Of a stretch of DNA of 49,220 bases, positions 11,801 through 23,800 are shown one piece after another (positions within the stretch are counted from its first letter, which is position 1; every line of letters begins with the position of its first letter). Both the position numbers and the translations under genes were made by a program. The stretch comes from Rhizaria sp. SCN 62-66 (lineage: Eukaryota): the NCBI GenBank assembly GCA_001724265.1, contig MEDY01000045.1, positions 62,001-111,220 of the forward strand, in the 5' to 3' direction. Under the pieces are notes generated by a model. The model was given only the letters and a program-made list of their open reading frames with translations. It was not told where the DNA came from and did not search any database.

Positions 11801-14800
11801 CGAGCCCGAGCCCACGGCCACGATCGCCGCGATTCCCGAGGCCGCGGCCGTGCCCGACGCGGCCGAGTTCGCGCTCGAGCCGCGCGACTGGACGCTGCAG
11901 GACACGGCAGTGCCCATCGTCAAGCACTCTTGGATCCGCGCGCGCTGGTTCGACGGTTCGACGCCCACGGTTGAACTCGTGGCGCGCGCCACCGAGTTTG
12001 TCCAGGCCGGCTTCGAGCCCCGCGACGAGCACGCTGGCGATGTGACTTACATCCCGCCCCCGCGCGTGATCCAGCTCGTCCGCCGCCCGGTCCCGCGCCA
12101 GCCCCCCGCGTTCGCGGCCGACAAGTTCGTCTTCGTTTATCCGCTCCCACCCGCGGCTGCGCCCGATGCCGCTACCGCTGCTGCTGGCGACGCGCACGGC
12201 AACGCTCACGAGAGCGCCCCTGGCAGTCCCACGACTGCGCCTGAAGGCGCTTCCGGCGCTGCTGCCCCCGCGCCGCTCGCTGCGCCTCCGGCCGCCCCGT
12301 CGCTGTCTGCGTCGCCGTCCCGCTCGTCGGGCCTGCTCGCCCGCGCGCGCGCCGCCCGCGAGAACGCAGCGGGCGGCAAGGGCGGCCACGGCTCTACCAC
12401 CTCGGGCGGCAACGGCGACGCGAGCGGCGCCGAGGAGAAGGAGCCCGAGCCGCTGACGCTGAGCACGCTGTACCCGGGACTCGTCCCAGCGGGCAGCACA
12501 ACGACGTCGCCGAGCGTGCCCCGCATGGCGCCGCTGGGCGTGACGCGCTGGGTCGTGCCCGCGCGCTCTGTACAGGTGCTGCATGTGCAGTTCACGGCGC
12601 ATACCACCGGCGAGTTTGCGCAGAACTTCTCCTTCGAGCAGTGTTACCGCGCGGGCCAGCCCGTGACGACTGAGCTCATCGGCACCTCGATGGTGCCCAG
12701 CATCTCTCGCGCGCCCAAGAACGTCTTCGACCTTGCGCGCCTGGCGAAGGCCAGTGGCATCGTCGGCAAGTCCGCGCGCGTCGTCGGCGTCCCTGTCAGC
12801 ACGGTTGACCCCGCGCTGCTCGACACCGCCGGCGGTGCTGGCTCCGGTTCCAACGGCGCCACCGGTACCGTTTCCGCGACTGTCAACGGCCTTTCGGCGT
12901 GCCCCGCCGGCAGCACCATCGCAGTGCTCGCGCCCGCGTCGCCCCCCGTCAAGCAGTATCTCTTCGCTGACAACGTGTTTGACTTCGGCTCGCTGCTCGT
13001 CGGCAAGCATCACTCGATGCTGACGGCGGAAGCTGAGGCCACGCAGCTCGTCGAGGACAACGAGCGCATGTACCTGCGCGAACGCGACGAGCAGGCGATG
13101 AACATCGCGGCCCAGGCGCTCACTGCGCAGTACACGCAGGCCTACTACGCGCTCATCGGCGCCGTCAACCCCCAGGGCGGCGCCGCTTCGCGCAGTGGTG
13201 CGCGGGCGACCGGCGGCGTCATGAATAGCGCGCTGCTAAAGCAGACCCCCGCGGCGGCCGCGCCCCTGGGCTCCCCGCTTGGCGCCAAGGGCAAGCGCGT
13301 TGGCGGCCGCGGCTCCATGACGGACCCGTTACTCGCGGCCGGCTCGGTGACCCTGTCGTCGACCGTGCCCGCGGGCTTCGGCCCCGCGCCCGACGCGGTT
13401 GTGCTCTCGCAGGTCATCGCGCAGGCTGTCGCCGCGCTCGGCGTGCCCCAGGGCAACAACTCACAGTCGCAGTCGGCGCTCGCGGCGCTGCCCCACAAGC
13501 TCGCGCTCGCGGCCCTGCAGCACATTGCGCAGATCCCGCTCTCGTACTCGGACCCCCTCGGCTTCCGTCTGCCCAACCACTACCCATCCGTGCTCGGCAA
13601 GGCCTTTGGCGCGATCCTTAAGGATATCGCCGCCCCCAAGGCAGCCGCCGAGGCCGCGGCCAAGCAGGCGCGTCGCAACTACATCCCCCGCGCGCCCCCG
13701 GGCACCACCAACAAGGTCTCTGTCTCGCCGCGTTCGTCATCTACCGCCTCGCTCGCCAGCCAGACCGGCGTTCTGACCGCCGTGAGCACGCCTATGACTG
13801 ACATCGCAGCATCCACGTCCTCCCTCGTCGCACACAACGCGTCCGCCACCACCGCGGTCGGCGCGCCGGTCCACTGGACTGTGCGCCGCAGCGCCGGCGT
13901 GCGCTCACTCAATAGCGAGGTGTTCCGCATCACAAACATGTCCCCATTCCCGCTCATTGTGCGCTGCGGCTTCCGCTACCGCGTTAACTCGCTCGGCCAG
14001 CGCAACGTCACCATGGCGCTGATGGCACAGGACGCGCTCGAGAACACCCGCGGCGGCGCACGCGCCGGCTCCAGCCACAAGAAGCTCTCCGGTGGCAATA
14101 GCAGTGCCGGTGCCGCCAACACGAACAACAGCAAGGGCGGCAACGGCCGCGCGACGACGCCCACCGCGTCCCTCGCGCAGCTCCTCGCCGCCCCCGCCGC
14201 GGCCCCCGCCGCGACCACGAGCTCCGGCCCCATGAGTAGCCGCCCGCAGATGGGCCTCAAGCAGCAGACCCCGCTGGCGGCCGCGCTGGCCATGCACGCG
14301 GCCTCCGGTGTCGACAACACCGAGCTCGTTTGCTACGCGAGCAAGCGTTCCGGTCCGCGCATGCGTCTTGCCGCCATCGATGTCACCGCCAAGCCGTCGA
14401 GCGTGACCCGCCCGTCGTCCTTGTCTTCGGGCGACAGCGCCGGCGGCAGCGGGCTCGCGGCCGGCACGTCGCCGCTGCTGTCTGTGCGCAACCGTGTTGA
14501 GCGCGAGCGCCAGGGCCGCGACCAGCGCGAGCGCGGCGGCGACGGCGATAAGGCGGGCGCGCAGCCGCGCCGCCAGGACCGCCAGGCCGAGGAGGAGGCC
14601 AAGATCGAGGCCTGGAAGACCGAAGACGTGTTCACCTGCGAGCCCGGGCTAATCACCGTGCCCGTTGGTGGCGTCGAGGAGGTCACCGTGTGGAGCTTCC
14701 CGCAGGCCCCGGGTGTGTTTTACGACGAGCTTGTGTGCACCGTGGCGGACAACCCGGAGGCGTTTGTGTTCCCCGTGCGCTGCGAGGGCGTCGAGCCCCG

Positions 14801-17800
14801 CCTCACGGTGTCCACCTCCGACATCAACTTCGAGGGTCTCCTGCTGGGTCAGGCCGCCGCTGTTACGGTGACTCTTCACAACCCGACGTCGATCCCCGTC
14901 GGCTGGTCGCTGCGCCAGTGGGAGCTCATGCTAGCCTCTCACGCCTTCAACATCCAGCCCGCGACCTCCGGCGTCATCGCGCCCGGCGCCACGGCGCAGT
15001 TCACCGTCGAGTTCAAGGCCTTCGAGGAGGTTGCGTACGACTTCCGCCTCGAGCTCGACGTCCGCGACGCCGAGCGTGCGCGCGCAGTCGTTGACACCCA
15101 CGTCATCGGCGTCCGCGGCCACGGCTACAAGCTCAACGCCTTGCTCGGCATGGCGCCCAACGGACTCGACTTCCGCACCGTGCGCACGGGCGACGAGGCC
15201 GTGCAGCACCTCTCGGTCACCAACCAGGGCAAGAACCCGATCAAGTTCTTCGTCGCCACCGCGCCCAACGCTAACGGCTCACCCTCTCCGCTCGAGTCTG
15301 TGCTCACCGCAGTGCCCGCACAGGGCCTCCTCGCGGTCGGCCAGACGGCTGTGGTGGCGCTTACGGCGCGCTCCGAGCACGAGATGACCGTGGTCAACGC
15401 ACATAACCTCACCGTGCTCATCCAGGACGGCTGTCAGCCCGCGCCCGAGGGCTCCGCGCCCGGCCTCGTGTTCCCCACGCCCGACAACGTTTCGCCCAGC
15501 GGGCTCCCGCTCGCAGTCGCGGCCCCGCCGCTGTCGCTGCCCGTGCCCATCTCGCTCAAGGTGATCAACTCAAAGCTCCGCGTGCTGCCCTTCTCGGGCC
15601 TCACCTTCGGTCCCACCGAGGTCAACACGTCGCGCGTCACCAAGTTCAAGGTGCTCAACGACGGCGTTTTCCCATTCCAGCTCCACATCTTCCCTCAGGA
15701 CCCGTCGCACCCGTTCTCGCGCGCCGCCATCGCGGCCCGCGCTGCGGCCGAGGCCCAGGCCGCTGAGGCCGCGCGCGTCGAGGCCCTGTCCTCGTCCACG
15801 CAGCTCGGTGGTCGCCGCATTGGTGGCGCAGGCGCGAACCCGTCGTCTCCGAGCGATGGCAAACGCTCCGCCCTCGCTGGGCTCGGTGCCGTTGCGCGCG
15901 ATACGAAGCCTGTGGCGAAGCCGTCCCGCGGCGGCCCCGCCGGGCGCCGCGCCGGCTCCGACCGCAACGGCGGCGGCGCGGGCGACATGATGCAGGTGCC
16001 CGATGTGCTGACGGTTGGCATGTACACGGTCACGCCTACGTCCGGCATCGTCGAGCCCGGCAGCCTGATGGAGGTCTCGGTCACGCTCAAGTCCAACGAC
16101 TGTGGCTCCTTCATCGAGCTGCTCAATCTCATCGTCATCGACCACCACGCTGCCGCCCCGGCCGCGGGCCCCGGCGCTGCCGCTCAGGCCGCCGCCGCCG
16201 CCGCCGCGACCCCGCTCGCGTCGTCTGTTTCTCTGGCCACCGCGCTGCCCGCACAGAGTACAGTGCTCAAGTACGAGCTGTGCGGCGAGACGTGCAGCCA
16301 GGGCCTCGAGGTGCGCGCCTTCCCGTCCATCTTTGAGGAGACGGAGATCATCACGCACGGCGAGGACCTCGACGCCTACACCAAGGCCGACGGCGGAGAG
16401 GCCCGCGACGTGTTCGTGCTCGACCAGAAGACGCTCGTCTTCGCGCCCGTCGTCGTCGGCCAGGTTCCTGCTCCTGTGACTCCTGCGGACTCCGAGTCCA
16501 GCTCGCTCTCTGATGCCGCTGCAGCCGGCTCCCGCTCTGCTGCCGCGCAGGCCCAGCCGTCGACCCCGGTTGCCGGTGCGCCCGTTGCTGGCGCGGGCGA
16601 CAAGGGCTCCGCCCCCGGCTCGTCCCCGGGCAGCAGCACGCGACGCACAACCTCCCGCAGCCGCGCCTCGCTCGTGGCCAAGGACAAGCCCGCGCTCGCC
16701 AACGCGCTCTCCGTCGGCGCCACGGACAAGGATGCTGCGGGCGCTGCCGCGGCCAGCAGCAAGAAGGCCTTTGTGTGGGCGTCGCGCACGCAGCGCGTGA
16801 AGCTGATCAACCCGTTCAAGGTGCAATGCGCGGTGAGCGTGCGCACGTGGCAGCCGGCGCAGTGGGCCGCGTACCAGCAGCAGCAACAGGTCATCGCGCT
16901 CTACACCGCGCAGATCGCTGCACAGGAAAAGGCAGCCGCCGCGGCCGCTGCCGAGAGCGCCGCCGCTGCTGCTTCGCCGACCACGCCTGGCCGCGACGCC
17001 GTCCGCGGCAGCACCCCGTCGTCTGGCGCTGCTGCTACCCCTGGTGCCAACAACGGCACCAACGCCGCTGCTGGCGCCGCAGGTGCTGGCTCTAAGGCCG
17101 CTGGGAGCACTTCGAGCACGCCCGCTGTCGAGCGCCGCAGCATCGCACCCCCGGCTCGCGAGAACAAGCGCCCCGCCGGCGCCAACGCCAAGGACGCCAA
17201 CAACGCCATCGGCAACGCGCCGGTGCTGCTCGCGCAGGCTCAGGCCGCCGCTGCCGCTCTCGCCGCGCAGGCCACGACCGCGTCTCTCTCCGATGCCGCT
17301 GCTGGCGCCGCCGTCAACGCGTTCACTGTCAGCACGACCTCGGTGACTGTGCCCGCGCATGAGCACCGTTACATCGACGTGACGTTCACACCCACGGCGT
17401 TCGACTCATACACGTGCGTGTTCGAAGCGCTCGTGGAGAAGAGCTCGGACCCCGTGGCGCGCCAGCTCGTGTTTGAGCTCCGCGGCGACGGCACGCTGCC
17501 CAACCTCACCGTGCTCACGCCCACGGCGCGCGAGCCCGAGACGGCGGCGCCGCTGCTCGTCTTCCCACGCGTCTTCACGGGCCCGGCCTCGTCCGATTCC
17601 GGCGCCACCCCCGCGCGCGTGGCGTCGAGCGCCGACATGCAGAAGCTACCCCTTGTGCTGCGCAACGACGGCGCGGTCACGGCCACGCTGCGCTTCGAGA
17701 TGGTCGGCGTGTCCTCGGCCGCCGCGTCGTCGGCGCTCGACTCGCCGCCGCCCCAGGCCTCGAGGGGCCGCAGCGCGAGCATCACTGCCGCATCACTCGC

Positions 17801-20800
17801 CGCCGCCGCCGCCGCTGCCGCCGCTGCGCCGCAGTCCGGCTCCGGCGAGGTCGTCGCGCCCGCGCTGCTGATGTCGCCCACGGCACCGCTGCTGCCGCCC
17901 GCGGCATCCCGCGGCGCGTTCTGGTTCGACGGGCTCGGCTCCGTGATCAAGATCGCGCCCGGTGAGACGCGTGAGTTCTCCGTTGCGTTCTTGCCCTCCA
18001 AGGCCGGGCTGCACATCTGCGAGCTGCGCATGATCGTGGCCGACAACCAGTTCGAGTCGCCGCGCATCTTCCTGCGCGGCGAGGGCTACACCGACGACGT
18101 CACCGTTGACGGGCTCTCCACTGTCCGTCTCGAGGCCAAGGCCAAGCCCGCGTTTACCGCCGGCGGTGACAAGGCTATTGGTGACGCCACTACGTCCAAT
18201 GCACGCTCTGGTGCCTCCGCGAGCGCGGACACCTCACGCACGCAGTCGTCCCGTGGCAATAAGTCCTCACAGGGCGGCTCCGGCTCCGCTGCCGCCGCCG
18301 CTGCGGCCGCCGCGCAGACGGCGACGCAGCTGGCCAAGGACCTGCGCTCGCTGCTGGGCGAGGGCGCCGAGGTGCGCGACGAGCTAGTGTTTGGCGACGT
18401 CTTTATCGGCGACGCGCTCAGCAAGACATTCACGCTGCGCAACCACTCCGAGCACGTGTACCGCTTCAAGTGGAACCCGCTACCTGCGCTCGACGACGCC
18501 AGCAACGACGCCGAGCAGCCCGCCACCAACGCGCGTGCTTCGATGACGCTGTCCTCCGCGAGCCTCGCTGGCGCGCTCAACGCCACCGCCGCTGCCCCCG
18601 CCGCGGCCGGCGCGAGCGCGACACCCAACTCAACTGCGCGCCGCCGCGGTCCGGGCGCGAGCGCAGCTGAGGCCGCCGCGAAGGAGCAGGCCGCCGCGCA
18701 GAGCTCCGCCACGGCCGTCGTCGCCGCTGACTGGAGCATCAGCCCCGCCATCGGCCACCTGCCACCGTTTGCGACCAAGACCATCACGGTGACCTTCACC
18801 GGCACCGACAAGCGCACCTTCCCCTCGCAGGCCAACCTCGCGCTCAAGTGCGCGCTGCAGCGTATCGCCTACGTCCCGCCCGCCGTCGCCGCGGAGCGCG
18901 CCGCCAGCACTGCCGCTGCCGCCGCCGCTGCCGCCGCGACCGCGTCGCCGTCGTCGGCATCTGGCGCTGCTGGTCTCAGCGCGCGCCGCATGCAGCAGCG
19001 CCCCGGCGCGGCCCCCGCGCCCGCTGCCGCAGTCGCTACCGTCGTAGTCAAGCCCGCGGACCTGCCCCCGCAGTGGTGGGAGCCCTACTACGACGCGGGC
19101 GCGCCGATCGAGTGGGACTCGTCGATGACGTCCACGCGCGTGGTGCCCTATGACGCCTTCGTCGCCGCCACCGAGGTCCGCGCCGAGCCCGTCGCGCAGA
19201 CCGCCCCGCGCAAGCTCGGTGCCACCGCATCGCTCGCCGCTGCCGCCGCCGCCGCCCCCGCTGCGCCGGCCGTGAACCCCGCGTTCGCGGCGCTGCGCAT
19301 CTCACAGCAGGCCGTGGCCCAGGGCGCGCCCGACGCGCAGCGCCGGATCATGATCGTAGAGCCCCTTACCGAGCCCGTGTACGACCTTGTTCTCGAGCCC
19401 GTGGCCGCGCCCGCCGAGGCCGCCGCCCCCGCGTCCCTCGCCTCGCCGGTTGCGGCCTCATCCCTCGCTTCGGCGCGCAAGGGCCCTGCCGCCGCCGGCG
19501 CTGGCGCTGCGTCCGCCGCGGCGCCCGCGCCGTCGACCGGCGGCCGTCGCAACGCTGCGCCCGTCCCCACGGCGCCGCAGCCGCTGCCAGAGGTGCGCGT
19601 GAGCGTGCCAGTGAGCGTCATGTGCGACACCCCCCGCTACGAGCTCGACACGCCTATCGTGGACCGCGTTTCGTTCGCCGACACGCTCATGTACCAGTCG
19701 CGCACGTGGACCTTCACGATGCGCAACGTGTCGGCCGTGGCGCTGCACTACGACTGGCGCGCGACACCCGTGATGCCCGACGCGCCGCGCCCGCAGGCCG
19801 CACGCCCCACGTCGGCGCACCATGCGCGCGTGCTGCAGGAGGCCTTCACCATCTCGCCCGCCGTCGGCTCCATCGCCGTCGACGACGCGCAGGTCTTCAC
19901 CGTGACCTTCGCACCGCTGGACTCGGAGACCTTCGCTACGCTGCTCGACGCCCATATCGCCGGTCTCTCACACGCTGCCGCCGCTGCTGCCGCTGCTGGT
20001 AACGGCATGCTCACGCTGCCGTCGATCCACCAGACCTCGCTCGAGCGCCAGCAGGAGGCCCAGGCCGCCGCTGCCGCTGCTGCCACTGCTGCGGTTGCTG
20101 TCCCGGCTGGCCAGGCGCCGCCGCGCTTCGTGGTGTCTGGCCTCGCGCTGCGCCCCAAGTGCCACGTCGATTTAGTGTCGTCCGACTACCTCTCTGCGCA
20201 CCGCCGCGCGCCCGCGCTGGTGGCGATGGGCGCGCCGCTGGACCCGCTCACGCGCGTGATCGAGATCGCGTCGCTGGGCACGCACACCAAGAACACGCGT
20301 CGCTTCTGCGTCATCAACCCCACGGACCGCGCGTACGCCTTCCACTGGACGTGCGAGGACGCCATGCTCGGTACCCCGCTGCCGCTGCAGTCGCCCTTCG
20401 CCTGCGTCTACGGCTCCGGCGTCGTACAGTCCGGCCGCAAGTTCGAGATGGTGTTCGACTACACGCCCACGGAGGACGTGGTCTCCGAGTCGCTCTGGCG
20501 CTTCGCCGTGCCCGAGCTCGGCCTCTCGGTGCCCGTGCTGCTCGTCGGCACTGTCCGCGACCCGCGCGTGCGGCTGGACAAGGCGCGCGTCGACTTCAAG
20601 TCGATCATTCTCAACCGCGCCGCGCAGGAGACGGTGTTCATCATCAACCAGGAGAGCGTGCCGTTCAACTTCAACGTCGACAAAGCGTCTCTGGCTGCGT
20701 TCGCATCTGCCGCCGCTGTTTACGCCAAGCCCGGCACGGCCGCCGCTGCCGCCGTGCAACCTGCGATCGCGGTCGAGCCGATGCAGGGTACCGTCCCCGC

Positions 20801-23800
20801 CAACGGCCGCTTTGCTCTCACAGTCAAGTTCCGCCCCAACGTTGAGGCCGCGCACAACATCACGCTCGCCGTCAATGTCGTGCGCAAGTCCTCTGCGCTC
20901 ACGCTCAACGTTAAGGGCCAGGGCATGGCGATCAAGACCGCGCTGCTGCTGCGCGACCCGTCGATTGCGGCGCCCGGCGCGGCCATCGCGAACGCCGCTG
21001 ATGCTGCTGCCGCCGCCGCTGCCGGTGCCCCCACGGGCGCCGTCATCGCCGAACTCGTGCCCTCGACCGCCGCTGGCACGATTAGCGCCAACGCCAACGC
21101 CACCACGACGGCCGTCGCGAACGGTGTGCGCACGCAGAACGGCGCCGCTGCCACGGTCGCCATCGGCGGCCAGCAGATCAACGTCGTCGAGCTCGGCACG
21201 GTGACCGTGAACGACAAGGCGCGCCGCGTGTTCGAGCTCCGCAACATGGGCAACGTCGCGCTCGACTTCGTCTGGTCGTTCCCGTCCGAGGCGCCCCCCG
21301 TGGCGTCCACCACCGTGCTTGCTGGCTCCAACGCCGGCGCCGGTCACCAGTCGCGGTCAGCGCTGCTCGCGATGCTCAACAAGGAGTCGCGCCGTACCAA
21401 GGACGCCGCCGCTGCCGCTGCCGCCGCTGCCTCCGCGCGCGCCGACGGCGCCGGCTGCCCCGTGCCGGGAATTACGCTCTCGCCCATGACCGGCACCGTC
21501 AAGCGTGGCGGTTCCGTCACGTGCGAGATCTCCTTCTGCAGCGACGTGCCCGTGGTCGTGGACAAGCTCCTTGCCAACCTCGTTGTCGCCAAGACCGTGC
21601 GCTACAGCGTCGAGATCGCTGCCCGCGCCGAGCGCACGCGCCTCAAGCTCTCGGCCGCGAGCCATGACTTCGGGCTGCACTTCATCCCGCCGCCCGTGGT
21701 GATAAACCCGTCGTCGTCCGCCGCCGCCGCCGCGGCCGCCGCGCTGCCGTACCTCGAGGACGCGAGCTCCACCACCGTCATCTCGCTCACCAACGCGGAG
21801 AAGGACAAGAACGTGCAGGTCGAGGCGCTCGTCGACGCGCTGTTCAAGACGCAGGCCACGGTGCAGGGCCCGCGCACGGCGCTGGGCGTGCAGACGCAGA
21901 ACGTAGTGCTCAAGGACCAGGTCTTCCACCTCGACGACGGTTTCTCCTCCGCCATTCTCGTGCCCGGCGAGTCGCGCGGCATGCGCGTGTCATTCCGCCC
22001 CCCGCGTGCGGGCAAGTTCTCCGTCACGCTGCCGCTCGAGGTCAACGGGCTCTCCAAGGTGCCAGTCACGCTCACGGGCGAGGCCGTGCCGCTGCGCCTT
22101 GAGGCCCAGCTCGCGCCCGAGACGCCCGCCACCATCGACGGCGACAACAGCGTCAGCGCCGACCCCGCTGCGGCGGCCCAGTCGTGGGTGTCTTTCGGCC
22201 AGCTCCGCCCCGGCGACTGCAAGACGGTCACGGTGCCGCTGGTGAACAAGTCTAGAAAGGCCGTCACGTTCCGCCTGCACTCGCGCACGCGCGGCGTGCA
22301 GTCGCAGCTCATCGACCAGGCGTTCTCGCTCAAGTCCGTCCGCACACCGCCGCCGCCCCCCACGAGCGTAATCTCCTCGGCCGTGACGCCCAAGCCCAGC
22401 CCGTACGCGCGCCCGCCGCCGGAGTTCGCTGCCGACGCTGTCATCACGCTCGAGCCCAAGGCCTCGCTCACGGTCACCGCGGCGCTCGCGCCCCACTGCC
22501 GCCTGCCCGCGTTCGTGCGCGACATCTTCTTCGAGGTTGTCGACGCCAGCACTACCGCCGCTGCTGACTCCTCTGCCGCCGACGGCGATTCTGCTGTGGC
22601 AGAGCCCCGGCTGTTCTACCTGTTCTCGACCAAGGGCGCGTGCGTCGACACCGGGCTGGCGCTCGACACGGACCGCCTCGCCTTCGGCCCCGTCGTCGTC
22701 GGCGCGTCCCGCACGCTCCGCGCGCACGTCACCAACGTCGGCGACGTCGCCTGCACCTTCGCCTTCGACACCTCGGTGCTGGGCACGCACTTCGCGCTGT
22801 CACCGGCCGAGGGGCTCGTCGCGCCGCAGCAGACCGTGGCCGTGGACATCGTCTTCACACCGCAGTCATCGCGCGCGGCCGCCAACGCGGTCATGGACCC
22901 GACTGACGTCACGGTGCCCCGCGTCGCGCTGCTCAAGGACGGCGTGGCCCAGGACGCCGGGCTGCGCCTCGTCGGCACCGTCGTCGACGTCTCGCCCACC
23001 GCGCTCGCCAAGATCGCCATCGCCAACGCCACCGCGGCGGCCACTGCGCGCCCGGGCTCCAGCGGCGCCGGCAACCAGCTCGCCCTCACCGGCGCGCTCG
23101 GCGCCATCGCTGGTGCTGCTTCTGGCACCAGCGCCGCTGCGGCTGCTGTCGCCGCTTCTGCTGCCGCTGCCGCCGCCGCTGCGGGCGAGGGCGCTGGCTC
23201 GCTGCCGCCTGGCGTTGTGCTGTCGACGCTCAGCTTCACGTCCCGCGCGCGCGTGCCTGTGACACAGACGATCCCGATCACCAATGACTCGACGCAGCCG
23301 CTTGTGCCGACCTTCTCGTCGCCGCTCTTCTCGGGCCCCTCGCGCATCGTGATCAACCCGAAGGAGACGGTGCAGTACCCCGTCACGTACCTCCCGCTCG
23401 CGCGCACCGCCACGCAGGCCGAGATCGCTGACAAGGCCGCCGCTGCTGCTGCTGCTGAGGCCGCTGCTGCTGCTGCCTCCGCTGGGGCCGATGCCGCCGC
23501 CAACGGTGGCACCGCCGCTGCTGCTGGCGCGCAAAAAGGTAAGAACGCCCGCACTGGCCCTGTTGCCAGTACTGGCGCGAAGCCCGCTGCTGCCGCGCCC
23601 GCCGCCAAGCCCATGGTCGCGACCCCCGTGGTCTCCGCCGGCGGCGCCAGTGCCGCGGCGAGCGTCGACCGCCCCGCCGTGCACGAGGCGTCGCTCTTCA
23701 TCCCGCTGCCGCAGGGCGGCGCGCTGTGCTACGCGCTGCAGGGCACGGCACCACAGCCCGCGCCCGTGGTTGCCGTCACCTCGCTCGCCGTGCCCTGCAA

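Noticed and set aside
8394-13013. 1539-aa antisense ORF, and others such as 22866-25886, 15570-17366 and 3747-5165
   Set aside because: Shadow ORFs. Strong G/C third-position bias on the sense strand removes antisense stops, and the products are Arg/Gly/Ala-rich with no family motifs.
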